Part shown: in pieces, positions 40,322-53,865 of the stretch
Layout: each line of letters starts with the position of its first letter
Position numbering within the stretch: position 1 is the stretch's first letter
NCBI RefSeq assembly: GCF_009914755.1
Contig: NC_060927.1
Length of the DNA: 64,000 nt
Origin: the human T2T-CHM13v2.0 reference genome, Homo sapiens
Strand: one strand, 5' to 3'
Notes under the pieces: model-generated
Databases searched by the model: none
What the model was told of the DNA's origin: nothing
The model's input: only the letters and a program-made list of their open reading frames with translations
Program-made: the position numbers and the translations under genes

Positions 40322-40780
40322 TTCATTGCAGCACTATTTACAATAGCAAAGACACAGAATTAACCTAAATGCCCATCAATGGTAGACAGGATAAAGAAAA
40401 TGTGGTACATATATACCCTGGAATAATATGCACTCATAAAAAGGAATGAGATTATGTCTTTTGCAGGAACATGGATGGAGCTGGAGGCTATTATCCTTAT
40501 TAAACTAATGCAGGAAGAGAAAACCAAATACCACATGTTCTTACTTATAAGTGGAAGCTAAATGATGAGAACACATGGACACAAAGATGGAAACAATATA
40601 CACTGGGGCCTACCTGAGGGTGGAAGGAGGGAGAGGCCAGAAAAAATAACTATTGGTACTAGACTTAGTATCTGGGAGATGAAACAATCTATATCACAAA
40701 CCCCTGTGACACAAGTTTACCTATATAACAAACCTGCACATGTATACTTGAACCTAAAATAAAAGTTAAAAAAGAAAGGA
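40322..40780 (+). mobile_element. 5'-truncated L1PA (old primate, L1PA15/16-like)
   Basis: L1PA 3' UTR with A tail; 17-bp TSD aaatggaggacttctca (40305-40321) / aaatgtagaacttctca (40781-40797). Confidence 0.92.
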
Positions 40781-41524
40781 AAATGTAGAACTTCTCAGTC
40801 TTTCATTTATAAATGAGCATTGCAAATCTTCAACAGAAAGTGTGTCTCAAAGTTACTTGGCCATGGAATTCATTCCCATTCCCAGTCCCTACTGTGGGAC
40901 ACTGATGATCTTTTCCTGGACATTAGAGTTCCACAGGTCTCTGTTTTCTGATAGGGCCGGAGTGCCATGCCTTGTTATCTATAGTCAGAATTTATGCATA
41001 TTTCCTCAAGAAAGGAAACCAGGGTGTCTGGTTCAATTTCTATCCTTCCCTATACCTTTCTCAAAGCATTTCTACCCCAGCAAAGGTATCAGATTTGCAA
41101 AATGACTGTTGCACACAGTGTTTTCTTCATCATCCTCAAACATCTGCAAACTGTTTCTGAGCCACTGTTTGTCAACAGCATATTGGGGTTCATCTGGCAA
41201 AGCAAAACTGCTCATGTTGAGCTAAACTAGTTATGAAAAGCTTGGGGCCAAGGGTTGGAACTTTCCTTTTTTCCCACCCTTTCCTTTAAGAATAAGGATA
41301 CGTGGATTTTTATCCATCAACAATCATAGGTAATTTTTGATAGTGGATAATATCTACTGATGACTAGAAAGTCATTTAAAAAGCTGATAAAAAGGAATGA
41401 GAGCAAATTCCCAATTTTTGTTTGTTTTTAATGTAAGGGTGGGCAGTGTTGTGGTGAGCTATACTGGCAATCAGGGGCCGGGATTCTGGCAGCCAGTCTG
41501 CAGCACTGCAGCTGAATGATGTTC

Positions 41525-42095
41525 CCAATAATGATGGTCCCAAGCTATTGAATGCCCATTAACTCCCAGGCAGAATGCTAGTCACATTATCCAGCCATTA
41601 ATTTTTTCAGTCATTATTTTTTCAATTCTCACTCTATCAAGGTAGGTTGCATTGTACCTATTTTGCACATAGGGATTTTAGAGAGTCCTAGAGAAGGAAA
41701 GAAGTGAGTTCAAAGTCACACCACTAGAAGGTAACAATTGGAATTTTAGTCTAGGACTGCCAGACTCCAAAGAGAATGTTTTTCTGCAAGTATCTAATTC
41801 AGCCTTTAATTCAAAAGCACAGACATTCTATTAATAGACTACGTAACTTCATTGGGCTGCAGTTTCCTTGTCTGTAAAATGAATTGAGGAAATTGGACTG
41901 GCTGGTCTCTTAGGTCCTAATCATATGGAAAAGACTTTTTATTAATGACAACAGTAATAGCTATACTTGAACACTTGCCATATGCCAGACACTATTCTAA
42001 GTACTTTTCATATATTAACACTTCAGATTCTTATAATTATTTGATGAAGTGTGGTCTATTATTATTCCTATTTTACAGATGAGGAAACTGATGCA
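41525..42095. mobile_element. Cluster of MIR fragments (both orientations)
   Basis: aaagtcacacc...gactccaaag; cagtttccttgtctgtaaaatg; cctattttacagatgaggaaactga. Confidence 0.7.
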
Positions 42096-44575
42096 CTGGG
42101 ATACATATAGGTTTTCAAGAATACTGAGGCCCCTAAGCAGGCAAGATTCCTCTTATCTAGATGGGGCCCCAGGATACAAGTGGAGAGCAAACTAGTGCAA
42201 AAGGGGAAGTTAGAGCAATGGAATGCTCCTCCTGCAGGCTGAGATACAGCAGGTATACATACCCCAAAACATAATGAAAATTTAGAGCTCCCCTTAGCTG
42301 GGTGAACTGCCAATGGCTTTGAAAATGTCCCCATAGAAACTTTAGTGTTTTAGGAATTTCTTTAGACTTCTAGATACTGGTTTCAAGCGTTTCCCAAGGT
42401 CTTAGAAATCCTCTCTTTTTCTCCTTTTTATTTCCCAAGGGGAATATATCAGAACTCATATGCACTTCTGAAAGAGCTTATACTCTATTCTTGGCAAACC
42501 TTCCAGGGATATTTATGGTCAGCTGATGGGAGCAACATACATTAGGTAGTATTTTGGAAAAATATTAACACATGCAATCTCTTTCTAAAAAACTTCATTT
42601 CATGTGGGTGACTGGAGATGTTATTCATTTCAATACTTTGTGAGGAATAAACTTGGATCTAATTAGAATAAAACATCTGTGAAATATGTTTTCCCAGGTG
42701 GGGAAAATACCACTGATGACTCAGCATTGACATTTACACCAATCCTAGATAAGATGTTCAGAATATGTCTTAAATATCTTTTGGCCCAGTTCTGGATCCA
42801 TTCGTTTATTTCTCTGAAGTTACTGATGACTTAATAACTTGGTTATGAAAGGCCATCAATAAATGAGTAGAAATAAATGAATTAGTCTAGTGTGTGCTCT
42901 GCTTGTGCACTGAGGGTTGAAGATAAATGTGCTAAGGGAAGGCCGGTCTTTGAAATCACCCTGGAACAGGGAAGGTATCTGATGAGGCAGCACAGAGAGC
43001 CAGCCCACGGGAGGGTCCAGATGGGCAGCGGACAGCAGGTAGCATCAATCTATCTGGATTCTTCTGAAGCAGAGATCAGCTCACACCTCAAGGACAATAG
43101 ATGTGAGCAGTCATCACAAGTTGAATCTGGAACTTGATGGTATTTTTCTTATCATTAGCAATATTTCTTCTCTTTCGAGGATCTTTATTCCAGAGGGGAT
43201 GTGGTGTGCATGTTAGAACAAGCATAGGTGCCAGAAACTGAAGACCAAGATTTGAGTTTAGTTACAACATTTTAGTAATAATACTATTATTAATAATGCC
43301 AACTCTGAGCCTCATGTTTCACAGCTATAAATGGGAACTGGTGAGTCAAGCATGTTGAATCTCAACTTTTATTTAACTAGATACTCTAAGCAGCAGAATG
43401 TTTGATACATTGGGATTTTCTGGCTCTTTTATTATCCTCTGTTTTTCTGGGAAACTTTTAGAAATGGGCCATTTGATATCTTTTTCTCCTTAAATAAGGC
43501 AATAGACCAGAGGTTGGGAAGTGACAGAATAGCAGGCAGTGGATAGTTTTCTTTTAGGTGATCCCCTAATACTTAACACCCTCTAGAGAGGGAGCAACAG
43601 AAAAATTATGATGGTACTCTGTTTTGTGCTTATTTGAACCCCTGAGAGAAAACAAAAGGTTCTGGCAAGAAATCTGTGAAAAACAGACACCAAAGCAAGA
43701 AGGGATTGTTTATTGTATTAACTTTGATGAAAAAGAACTAGGCAAATGTAAATACATTCCTTTGTCAATATTCAAATATGAGGAATTTGCTAAGTGAACT
43801 GGATGAACTCTGCTTTGGGATAATCATACGGGATTGCTCCTCATTTCAGGGGGATTCAGTGGATTAAGTGAGAGAGGGAGGATTTTCCTTTCTATTTCTC
43901 AAGATTTCATATTCAATATTAATGTCAGTGGAAGTTGCATCAACTGATAACAAAGACAAATAATTATCATAATAAATCTGCAGAGCTCTTTATGGGCTCC
44001 AAGGAACTTTTTAAGGTAGTATCTGTGAATAGAATTTGCTATCAATACGTTTGCCCTACTGTCTCCTTCCAAATTGGAGTATATTTGTATAACAATTTCA
44101 AATGCATTGCCTTGACTTTCTAATTACCAAGGAGAGGATCAGATTCCATGCTTCTAAAGAGAAAGAATTCTGGGTTCTGAAGAGGGAACACAGTATATAA
44201 TTCAAGGGGCAAATAGAAATATTTTTTTCAAATTTACATTTTAAAAGGTGAATCATTAATTCTTAGCCTCTGCATAGAAAGCAGTTTATAAAAATATTCT
44301 CACCTTCCCAATGCCCAGTTAAATTCATAAATATTACCAGGAAGATAGAGTCAGAAAATACATGCCTAGAGAGAAAAAAACTGAGACAACTAGACACAGA
44401 TGGATAAAACTGTTAAGATGACACAGAGATCTCACAGATAGACTACCAGATGGGCTTGGCTCATGCTTTAGCTACAAAGAAAGGGCTTGGTCCAGGTAAC
44501 TTTGTCTGTATAGTAGATCCAAGTTAATCCAGAGATAAATAAATTATTTGGTTCAGGAAAATATAATATGATAAT

Positions 44576-45520
44576 TATGGTGGTCTTAAAGTGTATATCT
44601 ATGTATTCTTTGATATTTTTTCCTTTAAAACATGGAACTTACCTGCAGGTAGAAAGTAGAATTGTGGTTACCAGAGGCTGGGAAGGGTAGTTGTGAGGGG
44701 AGGATAGAGAGAGGTTAATAGGTACAAAATTACAGCTAGATAGGAAGAATAAGTTCTAGTGTTCTGTAGCACTGTGGGGTGAATATAGTTAACAGTAATT
44801 CATTGCATAATTTCAAATAGCTAGAAGAGAGGATTTTAAATGTTCCTAATACAAAGAAATGAGAAATGTTTGAGGTAATGGCTATGCTAATTACCTTGAC
44901 TTGATCATTACACATTGCATACATGTATCAAATTATCATTCTGTACCCTATAAGTATGTACAATTATTACGTGCCAGTTAAAAATTTTAAAATTAAAAAA
45001 AAATCTCTTTGAAGGAAAAAAAAGATGGGGCCTAATTTCTCTTCCTGTTGGGTGTGGGTCATACTTAATGGCTCATTTTTCATAAATAGAATATAGCAGA
45101 AATGATGGTGTGTCATATCCAAGAGTAGGTCATAAAAAGGCATTGTGGCTTTCTTTTTTGCTGTCTCTCTTGGACCATGTGCTCTGAGAAAAGTCAGCTG
45201 CCCTGTTGTGAGGACGCTCAAGAAGCTCTGTGGAGAGATCCATGTGGAAAGGAATTAAGTATGCCTGCCAATGGCAAGTAAGGAACAGAGGCCTTCTGCC
45301 AACATGGAAGCGAATCCTCTAGGCCCAGTCCAGCCTTCAGATGATTCTAACTTTAGCTGACATCTTGACTGCAACCTCATGAAAGACCTTGCATCAGAAA
45401 CACTCAGTTAAGTTGCTTTCCAATTCCTGATCCATAGAAACTTTGAGATAATAAATGTGGGTTGTTTTAAGCCACTATATTTTAGGATAATTTTTTATGC
45501 AGCAATAGAAAATTAATACA
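44576..45520 (+). mobile_element. MLT1F-like solo LTR, interrupted by an L1MA fragment
   Basis: LTR 5' part 44576-44630 continues at ~45022 (gatggggcctaatt...); ends gagataataaatg...gcagcaatagaaaattaataca. Confidence 0.8.
44631..45021 (+). mobile_element. L1MA 3' UTR fragment
   Basis: gtggttaccagaggctggg...ctagataggaagaataagttctagtg...A tail. Confidence 0.88.
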
Positions 45521-45901
45521 ATGATATACTGGAATAATAAATTCCAGATGTGAAAGGTATTGAAATAACGATTTGGAAAGAGATAATAAAATGTTGAGGC
45601 CTACATTTGCATAGCTCTTTACAGTTTATGAACTGTTTTCATAAAAGTAACATTTGTGGTATAGAAGACATATGTTCCCTCTTAAAAGTATATCAAAAAC
45701 TATCCTGGGTCAAATATACCCATCTTACAGATTGAAGATTAAATACAAAGACAAAAAATGATGGACCAACTTAGAGAGAGGAGGAAGTTCACAGCATCTC
45801 ACTGTACCTGCTTCATTGTATTCTTAACTAATGCCTGACACATATCATAATTCAGTTGGTGTGATAACTCTTTTATATACATGTACACAAGTATATGCAT
45901 G

Positions 45902-45907
<6 letters not shown>

Positions 45908-45941
<34 letters not shown>
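45908..45941. repeat. (CA)17 microsatellite
   Basis: Direct reading; preceded by gtgcgcg. Confidence 0.97.
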
Positions 45942-45945
<4 letters not shown>

Positions 45946-47061
45946 AACAAATAATTTTCCTGGAACAAGAAGATCCTGGTTCATGCTAATAACAAAACCC
46001 AGAACCACTACTGCCATAGTAAAGGTAAGAGTCTCACGTGTAGATTTGTGATTCCATTATTTAGTATTTTGTATGTGTCTAAAAACAAAGGAAAACAATG
46101 TGTCTCCCTACAAAACCACTTCATCATCGCTTTCACAATGGCTAGCCATGATAGAATAACTGGATCATAAACATATGATAGGATTCAGGCATTGGATAAC
46201 TGGCAGCAAAGGACTGTGATCCTTGAAAGAAGGGAAGAAATGAGGTGAGCCCTCTACTCTCCTTGACTTGCTGCCTGTAAGTCATTCTCTTGAAGGTAAG
46301 GAGATAAAGTTCAAGCAGAGAACAGCAGTCTCACTGAGTTGAAGAGCTACAGATGGGAGTTAGGGTACCGCTGGAGTGGCTGTGTACAGAAAGGAGGAAA
46401 CTGCACAGAGAGGACACCCAGAAGTCTGTGGAGATGTTTCCCTTATGTCCTTGGTTGAACACTGACCTGTACATGCACAGGTTGAGGTTCACAAAGGCTT
46501 ACAGGGAGAAACTCTTGTGAAATTGAGAAATAAATGGAGAGATTAAGATCACATAGTGCTAAGAAACACTGCAGTTTGGTCCAGCTAAAGCCAAAAGTCA
46601 GCTATTCTATTGAGACCTCAGAAAAAAAGCATGTTTTATGAGTAAGGACAATGTTCTAGAATAATGACCATGCCCTAAAACCGAGGATGAAATGAAAATG
46701 TATCAAGGAAGGCAAGCATAGAACTAAGGCTTACAAGATTTTAATGGCTTGACTGAATAAAATTCAGCAAACTTTATAGAATACTCCACACTCCATTCAA
46801 TGTAATATTCATAAGACATAGCATATCATAACAACTGCTAGACATGGGAGGAAGCAGGAAAGCATGACCTGAAGCCAGAAGAAAGGTAACCTATAGAAAC
46901 AGAACTTGAAATGACTCAGATGCTGGAATTAACAGGCAATGGAATTAAAATACTCTAAAAAATATGGTAGGGAATTTAAAGACAAAGAGACAATAAAAAC
47001 ACAAGTGAATATTTCAGAAGGATGTAAATTGTATTAAAAGAACAAAATGGAAATTCTAGAA

Positions 47062-48978
47062 TCAGGCAAGGGAAGGAAATAAAGGGCACCCAAATTGGAA
47101 AAGAAGAAGTCCAGCTGTAACTGTTCACTGAGGATATGATTGTACACCTAGAAAACCCTAAAGATCCCTCCAAGAGACAACTGGATTTGATAAAGCAATT
47201 CAGTAAAGTCTCAGGTTACAAAATCAATGTACACAAATCAGTAGCACTGCTGTATACCAACAGTGACCAAGCTGAGAATCAAATCAAGAACTCAATCCCT
47301 TTTACAACAGCTTCAAAGAAAGATAAAATACCTAGGAATATACTTAACCAAGGAGGTGAAAGATCTCTATGAGTAGAACTACAAAAACACTGCTGAAAGA
47401 AATCATAGATCCAAATAAATGGAAACATATCACATGGTTATGGATTAGAAGAATCAGTATCACGAAAGTGATGATACTGCCTAAAGCAGTCTATAGATCC
47501 AATGTAGTTCCTATCAAAATAACTACCGTTTTTCACAGAATTAGAAAAAACAATTCTAAAATTCATATGGAACAAAAAGAGCCTGAATAGTCAAAGCAAT
47601 CCTAAGCAAAAAGAACAAATCTGGAGGTATCACATTACTGGACTTCCAATTATACTACCAAGGCTACAGTTACCAAAACAGCACGGTACTGGTATAAAAG
47701 TAGATACATAGACCAATGGAATGGTCTAAATGGTGCTGGGAAAATTGGATAGCCACATGTAGAAGAATGAAAGTGAACCTCTTTCTCTCTCACCTTATAA
47801 AAAAAAACTGAAGATGGATTAAAGACATAAATCTAAGACCTGAAACCATAAAAAGTCTAGAAGATAACCTAGGAAAAACTCTTCTGGACACTGATCTAGG
47901 CATAGAATTCATGACTAAGACCCCAAAAGCAAATGCAACTAAAACAAAAATAAATGGGGCCTAATTAATCTAATAAACTTACGTGTAGCAAAATAAATTA
48001 TCAATAGAGCAAACTACAGAATGGGATAAAATATTTGCAAACTATGCATCTGACGAGAAACTAGTGTCCAGAATCTATAAGGAACTCAAACGGATCAAGA
48101 AAAATAACAAATAATCCCATCAAAAGGTGGACAAATGACATGAATAGACATTTTTCAAAAGAAGAAATACAAATGGCAAAAAAATGTGGAAAAATGTTCA
48201 ACATTACTATTCATCAGGGAAATGCAAATTAAAGCCACAATGAGATACTACTTTACTCCTGCAAGAATGGCCATTATTAAAAAGTCAAAAAACAATAGTC
48301 ATTGGCCTGAATGTGATGAAAAGGGAATGCTTACACACTACTGATGGGAATGTAAATTAGTACAATCTCTATGGAAAACAGTATGGAGATTTCTTAAAGA
48401 ACCAAAAGTAGATTTACCATTAGTAAATTCCACTACTGGGTATCTACCCAAGGGAAAATAAGTCAATATATCAAAAAGACACCTGCACATGTATATTTAT
48501 TGCAATACAATTCACAACTGTAAAGATACGGCACCAACCTAAGTGCCCACTGGCCAATGAGTGGCTAAAGAAAATGTGGTATGTATATACCACTGAACAT
48601 TTCTCAGCCATAAGAATGAATGAAATAATGTCTTTTGCAGCAACTCAGATTGAGTGAGAGGCCATTATTCTAAATGAAATAACTCACGAATGGTAAACCA
48701 AATAACTTTTGTTCTTACCTATAAATGTAAGCTAAGCTATGGGTGTGTAAAGGCATACAGAGTGACATAATGAAATTGAGAGACTTAGAAGAGGGAGGTT
48801 GAAAGGAGCTAAGGATTAAAAAATTACACATTGGGTACCATGTATACCACTCCAGTGATGGGTGCACTAAAATCTCAGACTTCACCACTATATAATTCAT
48901 CCGTGTAACCAAAAACCATTGTATCCCCAAAGCCACTGAAATAGTAAAAAAAAAAAAAAAAAAAAAAAATAGCCATTA
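47062..48978 (+). mobile_element. 5'-truncated L1PB-type element
   Basis: ORF2 RT remnant ([13 protein letters not shown]...[14 protein letters not shown]); L1PB-type 3' UTR; long A tail; TSD-like gaaattctagaa/aaaattcctggaa. Confidence 0.92.
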
Positions 48979-49483
48979 AAAATTCCTGGAACCAAGAAGT
49001 ACAATATTTGGAATTAAAAATTTACTAGATCAGCTTAAAGGCAGATTGGATACTAAGAAGAAAGTGTCAGTGAACTTGAAAAGAGATCAATAAAAATTAT
49101 GCAATTTGTAAAACACAGAGAAACAAGATTAAAATAGACTAATACCTAAGTGATATGAGAAAAAAATATTAAGTAGCCTAATGTATATAAGATTGGAGGG
49201 CTAGAAAGAGGGCAGTAGGAACATGGAGAACAAACATTTTTCAAAAAGCAATAGTTGAATATTTCCCGAATTTGATGAAAAATATCAACCAAGAGTTCCA
49301 AGAAATTCAGTGAACCCAAATTAGGATAAATTCTAAGAAAACTAGGCATATAAGAATCAAACTTCTAAAAAACTAGAGATAAGAGAAAAATCTTTAAAGC
49401 AACCAGGGAAAGACAGAGCATATTATGTTCCAGGAAATTAAAAAAAATTCAAATGACTTTTATCAGAAAAAATGGAGGCCAGA

Positions 49484-49869
<386 letters not shown>

Positions 49870-49951
49870 CTATATCCAGTGAAAAGCATATTAAGCACTA
49901 TTTAACAGATAAAGAAACAGGAAAATTCCTAATTATAATTGGAGGTTTTAT

Positions 49952-50337
49952 GTTAAATTTTTAAATTATTTTTCAAAACAATTTTTTTGTGGGCACATAA
50001 TAGGTATATATATTTATGGGGTACATGAGATGTTTTGATACAGGCATGCAATGTGAAATAAGCACATTATGGAAAATGGGGTATCCATCCTCTTACATTT
50101 ATCCTTTGAATTGCACACAAGCCAGTTACATACTTTAAATTATTTTAAAATATACAATTAAGTTATTATTGACTATAGTCACTTTATTTTGCTATCAAAT
50201 AGTAGGTCTTATTCATCTTTTCTATTTTATGTACCCATTAACCATCCCCACCTTTCCCACTGCCCCAAACACCTACTACTCTTCCTAGACACTTCTAACC
50301 ATCCTTCTACTCTCTAGATCCATGAGTTCAATTGTTC
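49952..50337 (-). mobile_element. L1MA (L1MA2-like) 3' UTR
   Basis: atggggtacatgagatgttttgatacaggcatgcaatg; 15-bp TSD aattggaggttttat (49937-49951) / aattgggggttttat (50338-50352). Confidence 0.9.
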
Positions 50338-50605
50338 AATTGGGGGTTTTATCAGTAACTGATAAAATAAGTAGACAAAAAAACAAGTTGACATAATTTA
50401 CACTTACTGAGCTATGCCAACTGGATTCTGCAGTTGTTTGGTATAGTATTGAAACAGTTGCAAGAATACACATTCAAGTACACACGGAATATTCACCAAG
50501 ATATATCAATTGGAACCATAAAATAAGTATCAGTACATTTCAAAAGTCTGAAATTGTACAGATTACTATAAAGTCCAAACTGTTTACATTGGCTCATGTG
50601 ACCTA

Positions 50606-51160
50606 TATGGCAGACTAATTGCATTAGAGGTGCCATTTTTTCAACCCTGTATCTATGGCCTTTTCCATGTAAATCTGCAGTTCTTTTGACCAAATAGGAG
50701 TCATTTATTCATACACCTGTTTTTTAGGACGACCTCGTAATTTTCTCTGGTCAACAGAATGTAGCAGCAATGCCAATGTATCACTTCTGATGCTCAGCCT
50801 CAAGAAACCTTGCCTGTTTTTGCTTACATTCTTGCCCTCTGTCATGGCCAGGAGAAAGACCTACTCAGGGTAGCCCCCTGGTCCCAGATGAGATGAGAAT
50901 CATGTGGTGCACAGCTAAGGCACTTAAGTCATCCCTATTAAGGTTATCCTAGATCAGCTGACAGCTCTCCAACTCCAGACACATGAGCAAGCCTAGCTCA
51001 GATCAGCAGTTATCTAGCAAATTGTAGCTGACCCTAGATATATGAACAAGTCCACTATAGAACAACTGAACCCCACAGACTTGTGAGATAAGTATTTATT
51101 GTTCACGCCTCTGAGATTTTGCTTGTTATGCAGCATTGTGTGGCAACAGATAACTGATCC
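50606..51160 (+). mobile_element. MaLR solo LTR (MLT1G/H-like)
   Basis: tggtcaacagaatgtagcag...gcctcaagaaacc...ttgttatgcagcattgtgtggcaacagataactga. Confidence 0.75.
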
Positions 51161-51689
51161 TGCCTATATCTCTGACTCATAGCTTATAGTATTCTTGGTG
51201 GCTCACTGTAGCTATACTTGCACCTTTGCTATTTCTCAAACAGGTAGGCATGTTCCTGCCTCAGGGCCCTTGTCTTGTCTAGTATGGTCTTCCTTTAGAC
51301 ATCTGCATGAATAAGAGCTAAAGACTGGCTGGCAACTCAACCCTTGCTGGGAGGAAGTAACAAGCAGAGAATGATGCAGGTTGACCCTCTCCTCCTGGGA
51401 GACAGTAGAGCCTGCTGCACTGTGAGTGAAGGATGACACACTCTGCAGTAGGAAAAGACCTCCTAGACAACGGGCCCATACTCACAGCTTACTGGGTTTG
51501 GGTGAAGGGAACGATTCCAAGGATGAGGAATATACTCTAGCCTCTTGAAATGAGAATATGCTTGATACTCTCGATAGGGTTGGGAAATGAGGCTGGCCAG
51601 GAGTTAACAGGGAAAGGATTACTCAAATGTTAACTGACAGGCTATCCTTACTGGGAAGAAAGAACACGTTTACAGATTGGATGTGGTGC

Positions 51690-51860
51690 AATGGTGAGAA
51701 TGAAACGGCTTTGGCCTTTAGTTCTGGCTCAGCCCATCACTGGTTTGTTGTCTTGGGAAAATTAATTCTTTGAACTCCAATTTCACCATTTGTAAAATGG
51801 GAGTGATATAGGTATCTTGATTGGTCAAGGTAAAGATTAAATGTGATTATGTATATATAC
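51690..51860 (+). mobile_element. MIR fragment
   Basis: tcttgggaaaatt...tttcaccatttgtaaaatggg...gattaaatg. Confidence 0.65.
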
Positions 51861-53089
51861 ACATAGGTATATAATTGTTAATCACTTAATATATAAAAAT
51901 GCTTATTAAAGTATAGCTGCCACCTTCCACTTCTTCTTCCTTATTATCATTCCTACTTTCTAGAACATGTACTTGCAGGAACTACCGGTAAGATAAAAAT
52001 ATAGAATTTAGAATTTAGTCCTATGCAGTAAAAAGTTAGTAGGGGGAGGACATAATTTTGAATCTAAAAGCCATAAGTAAGTATAACCAAAATAAATTCA
52101 ATGTTGGCCAAGGGAAAACCCAAGATATTTTCTCTGAAATGTTTATTTTATTTTTCTCAAAATACCATTAGTTACAATGACATTGGAATGACATAACATT
52201 ACAAAAGCTCTCACCTGGGTCACATCAAATTTTGAGACTCGTATTCTATTTCTGAAATATTCGTAGAAGTGTAGTGTGAAATTTACACTCTATGAGACTA
52301 ACTCCAACAGTACAGGAGCAGTAAATGCAGAAAGTATGGAAAAATGTTGATAACTGTTAAGTTTGGGGGATGGGTATGTTAAGATTCATTATTCTCTTAT
52401 CTTTGTGTTTATTAGGAACATTTGAAAATATTCACAAAGAAAAATTTTATTTAATGACCATGATGACCCCACTATCTGCTAAATTAATCTCTTCCCTTCT
52501 TGAACCTACTTATATTTCCAACTCTTGCAACTCTGGAAGGCCCTGAATAAGAACTATCAATTGTGCAAAAGAACAAATACTTTTATTATTCACCCATGGC
52601 CTCTTCCAGGCTTCAAAGGTATTCCAGGTTATGGTTTTCTGGGAGTTAGCAAACAAGTCTTCATTCGCTTTACACCTTTCATATTTTTACAGATACTTTG
52701 TTGTGCCCCTTCGTAGTTCTAGTCTTTCTGATGGAAAAATCCTAATCCTTTTAATCCCTGCTGCTCTGGCAGCAGGTCCCTCTGTCAGTTATTGAAGTTG
52801 CCCTTCTTCAGACCTTTCTCAGCTCTGCTGACTTTCATGTGCTGCAGTGACCAGAACGGATCCACCCAGGTTACACACAAGAATAAAGGACAACCAAAAC
52901 CAGAATTTCAATGAAGGGACTTTCAGAAACAAAAGAAAATTGGAAGGTAACGTCGAGAAACCATTAAGTAACAAGCATAGTGTTAGAAAATGAAATTGTA
53001 TGAAAAAAGATGAAAATTATCCTCATCACAACAGCTGGCAGGGTGGAATGGGGAGAAATTTATTTTAATGGGCTAATTCTATTACTTCC

Positions 53090-53625
53090 AAGCTCCAAAC
53101 CAAACCATCAAGGGTGTCTATCACATTAGAAAAAAACTCAAACCTAACACCATGGCCAATGGTCTGGCCCCTGCCCCTGTCTGTTTCTCCCACTTTTTCT
53201 CCATCCGCTCCCACCTTGCTTACTCAGCTCCAGCCATGCTGGCCTTCCTGCTGCTTTTGTGCACACCATAACCCACTGTGACTCCAATGCCTCCATACTT
53301 GCTGTAGCCTCTGCCAGACTACCTCTCCTCAACCCCTTCTCACATGGATTGTTTCCTCCACACATCATCTGGCCTCTGATCAAATGCCACTTCTACCCTG
53401 ACCAAGTAGCCTCCTCGCCTGTTCTCTATCCTCTGACCTGCTTTACTGTGATCATGCTTTGAATGTATAGAATGCAGTTTACCTTTTTCTTATCAGTGTC
53501 CCCCAATAGAGTATATACTCTGGGAGGAAGAGAGCTTTGAATTGGTAACTCCTGAATCCTCACATCTACGTTAGTGCCGTAGGAGTGGGTACCAAGAATT
53601 ACTTGTATGAATAAATGAATGAATA
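53090..53625 (+). mobile_element. L2 3' end
   Basis: cagctccagccatgctggccttcctgctg... ending tgaataaatgaatgaat. Confidence 0.75.
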
Positions 53626-53639
53626 CATGCACGCATACC

Positions 53640-53865
53640 AGTTAAGAGTGGAAGCTCTGGAACCAAACTGTCTGGGTTCAAATTCCACCTCTCCCTTCTG
53701 TGTGTTCTTGGGCAAGTTTTGTCTCTGTGTACAATTTCCTTATTTGTAAAATGCAGATAATTATAGTACCCACTCAGGGTTATCTTGGAAATTAAGTGAG
53801 CAAACGCATATAAGGTGCTCAGAGCAGTGTTAAGAATAATAGCTAGTGCCCAACGAATATGGGAG
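53640..53865 (+). mobile_element. MIR
   Basis: gttaagagt...ctgggttcaaattcc...cttgggcaagt...tttgtaaaatg. Confidence 0.85.

Noticed and set aside
32235-41301. Extra RTATCCTT U12-donor-like octamers (32243, 41301) as a decoy array
   Set aside because: Roughly three such octamers are expected per strand in 64 kb of this composition; not enriched
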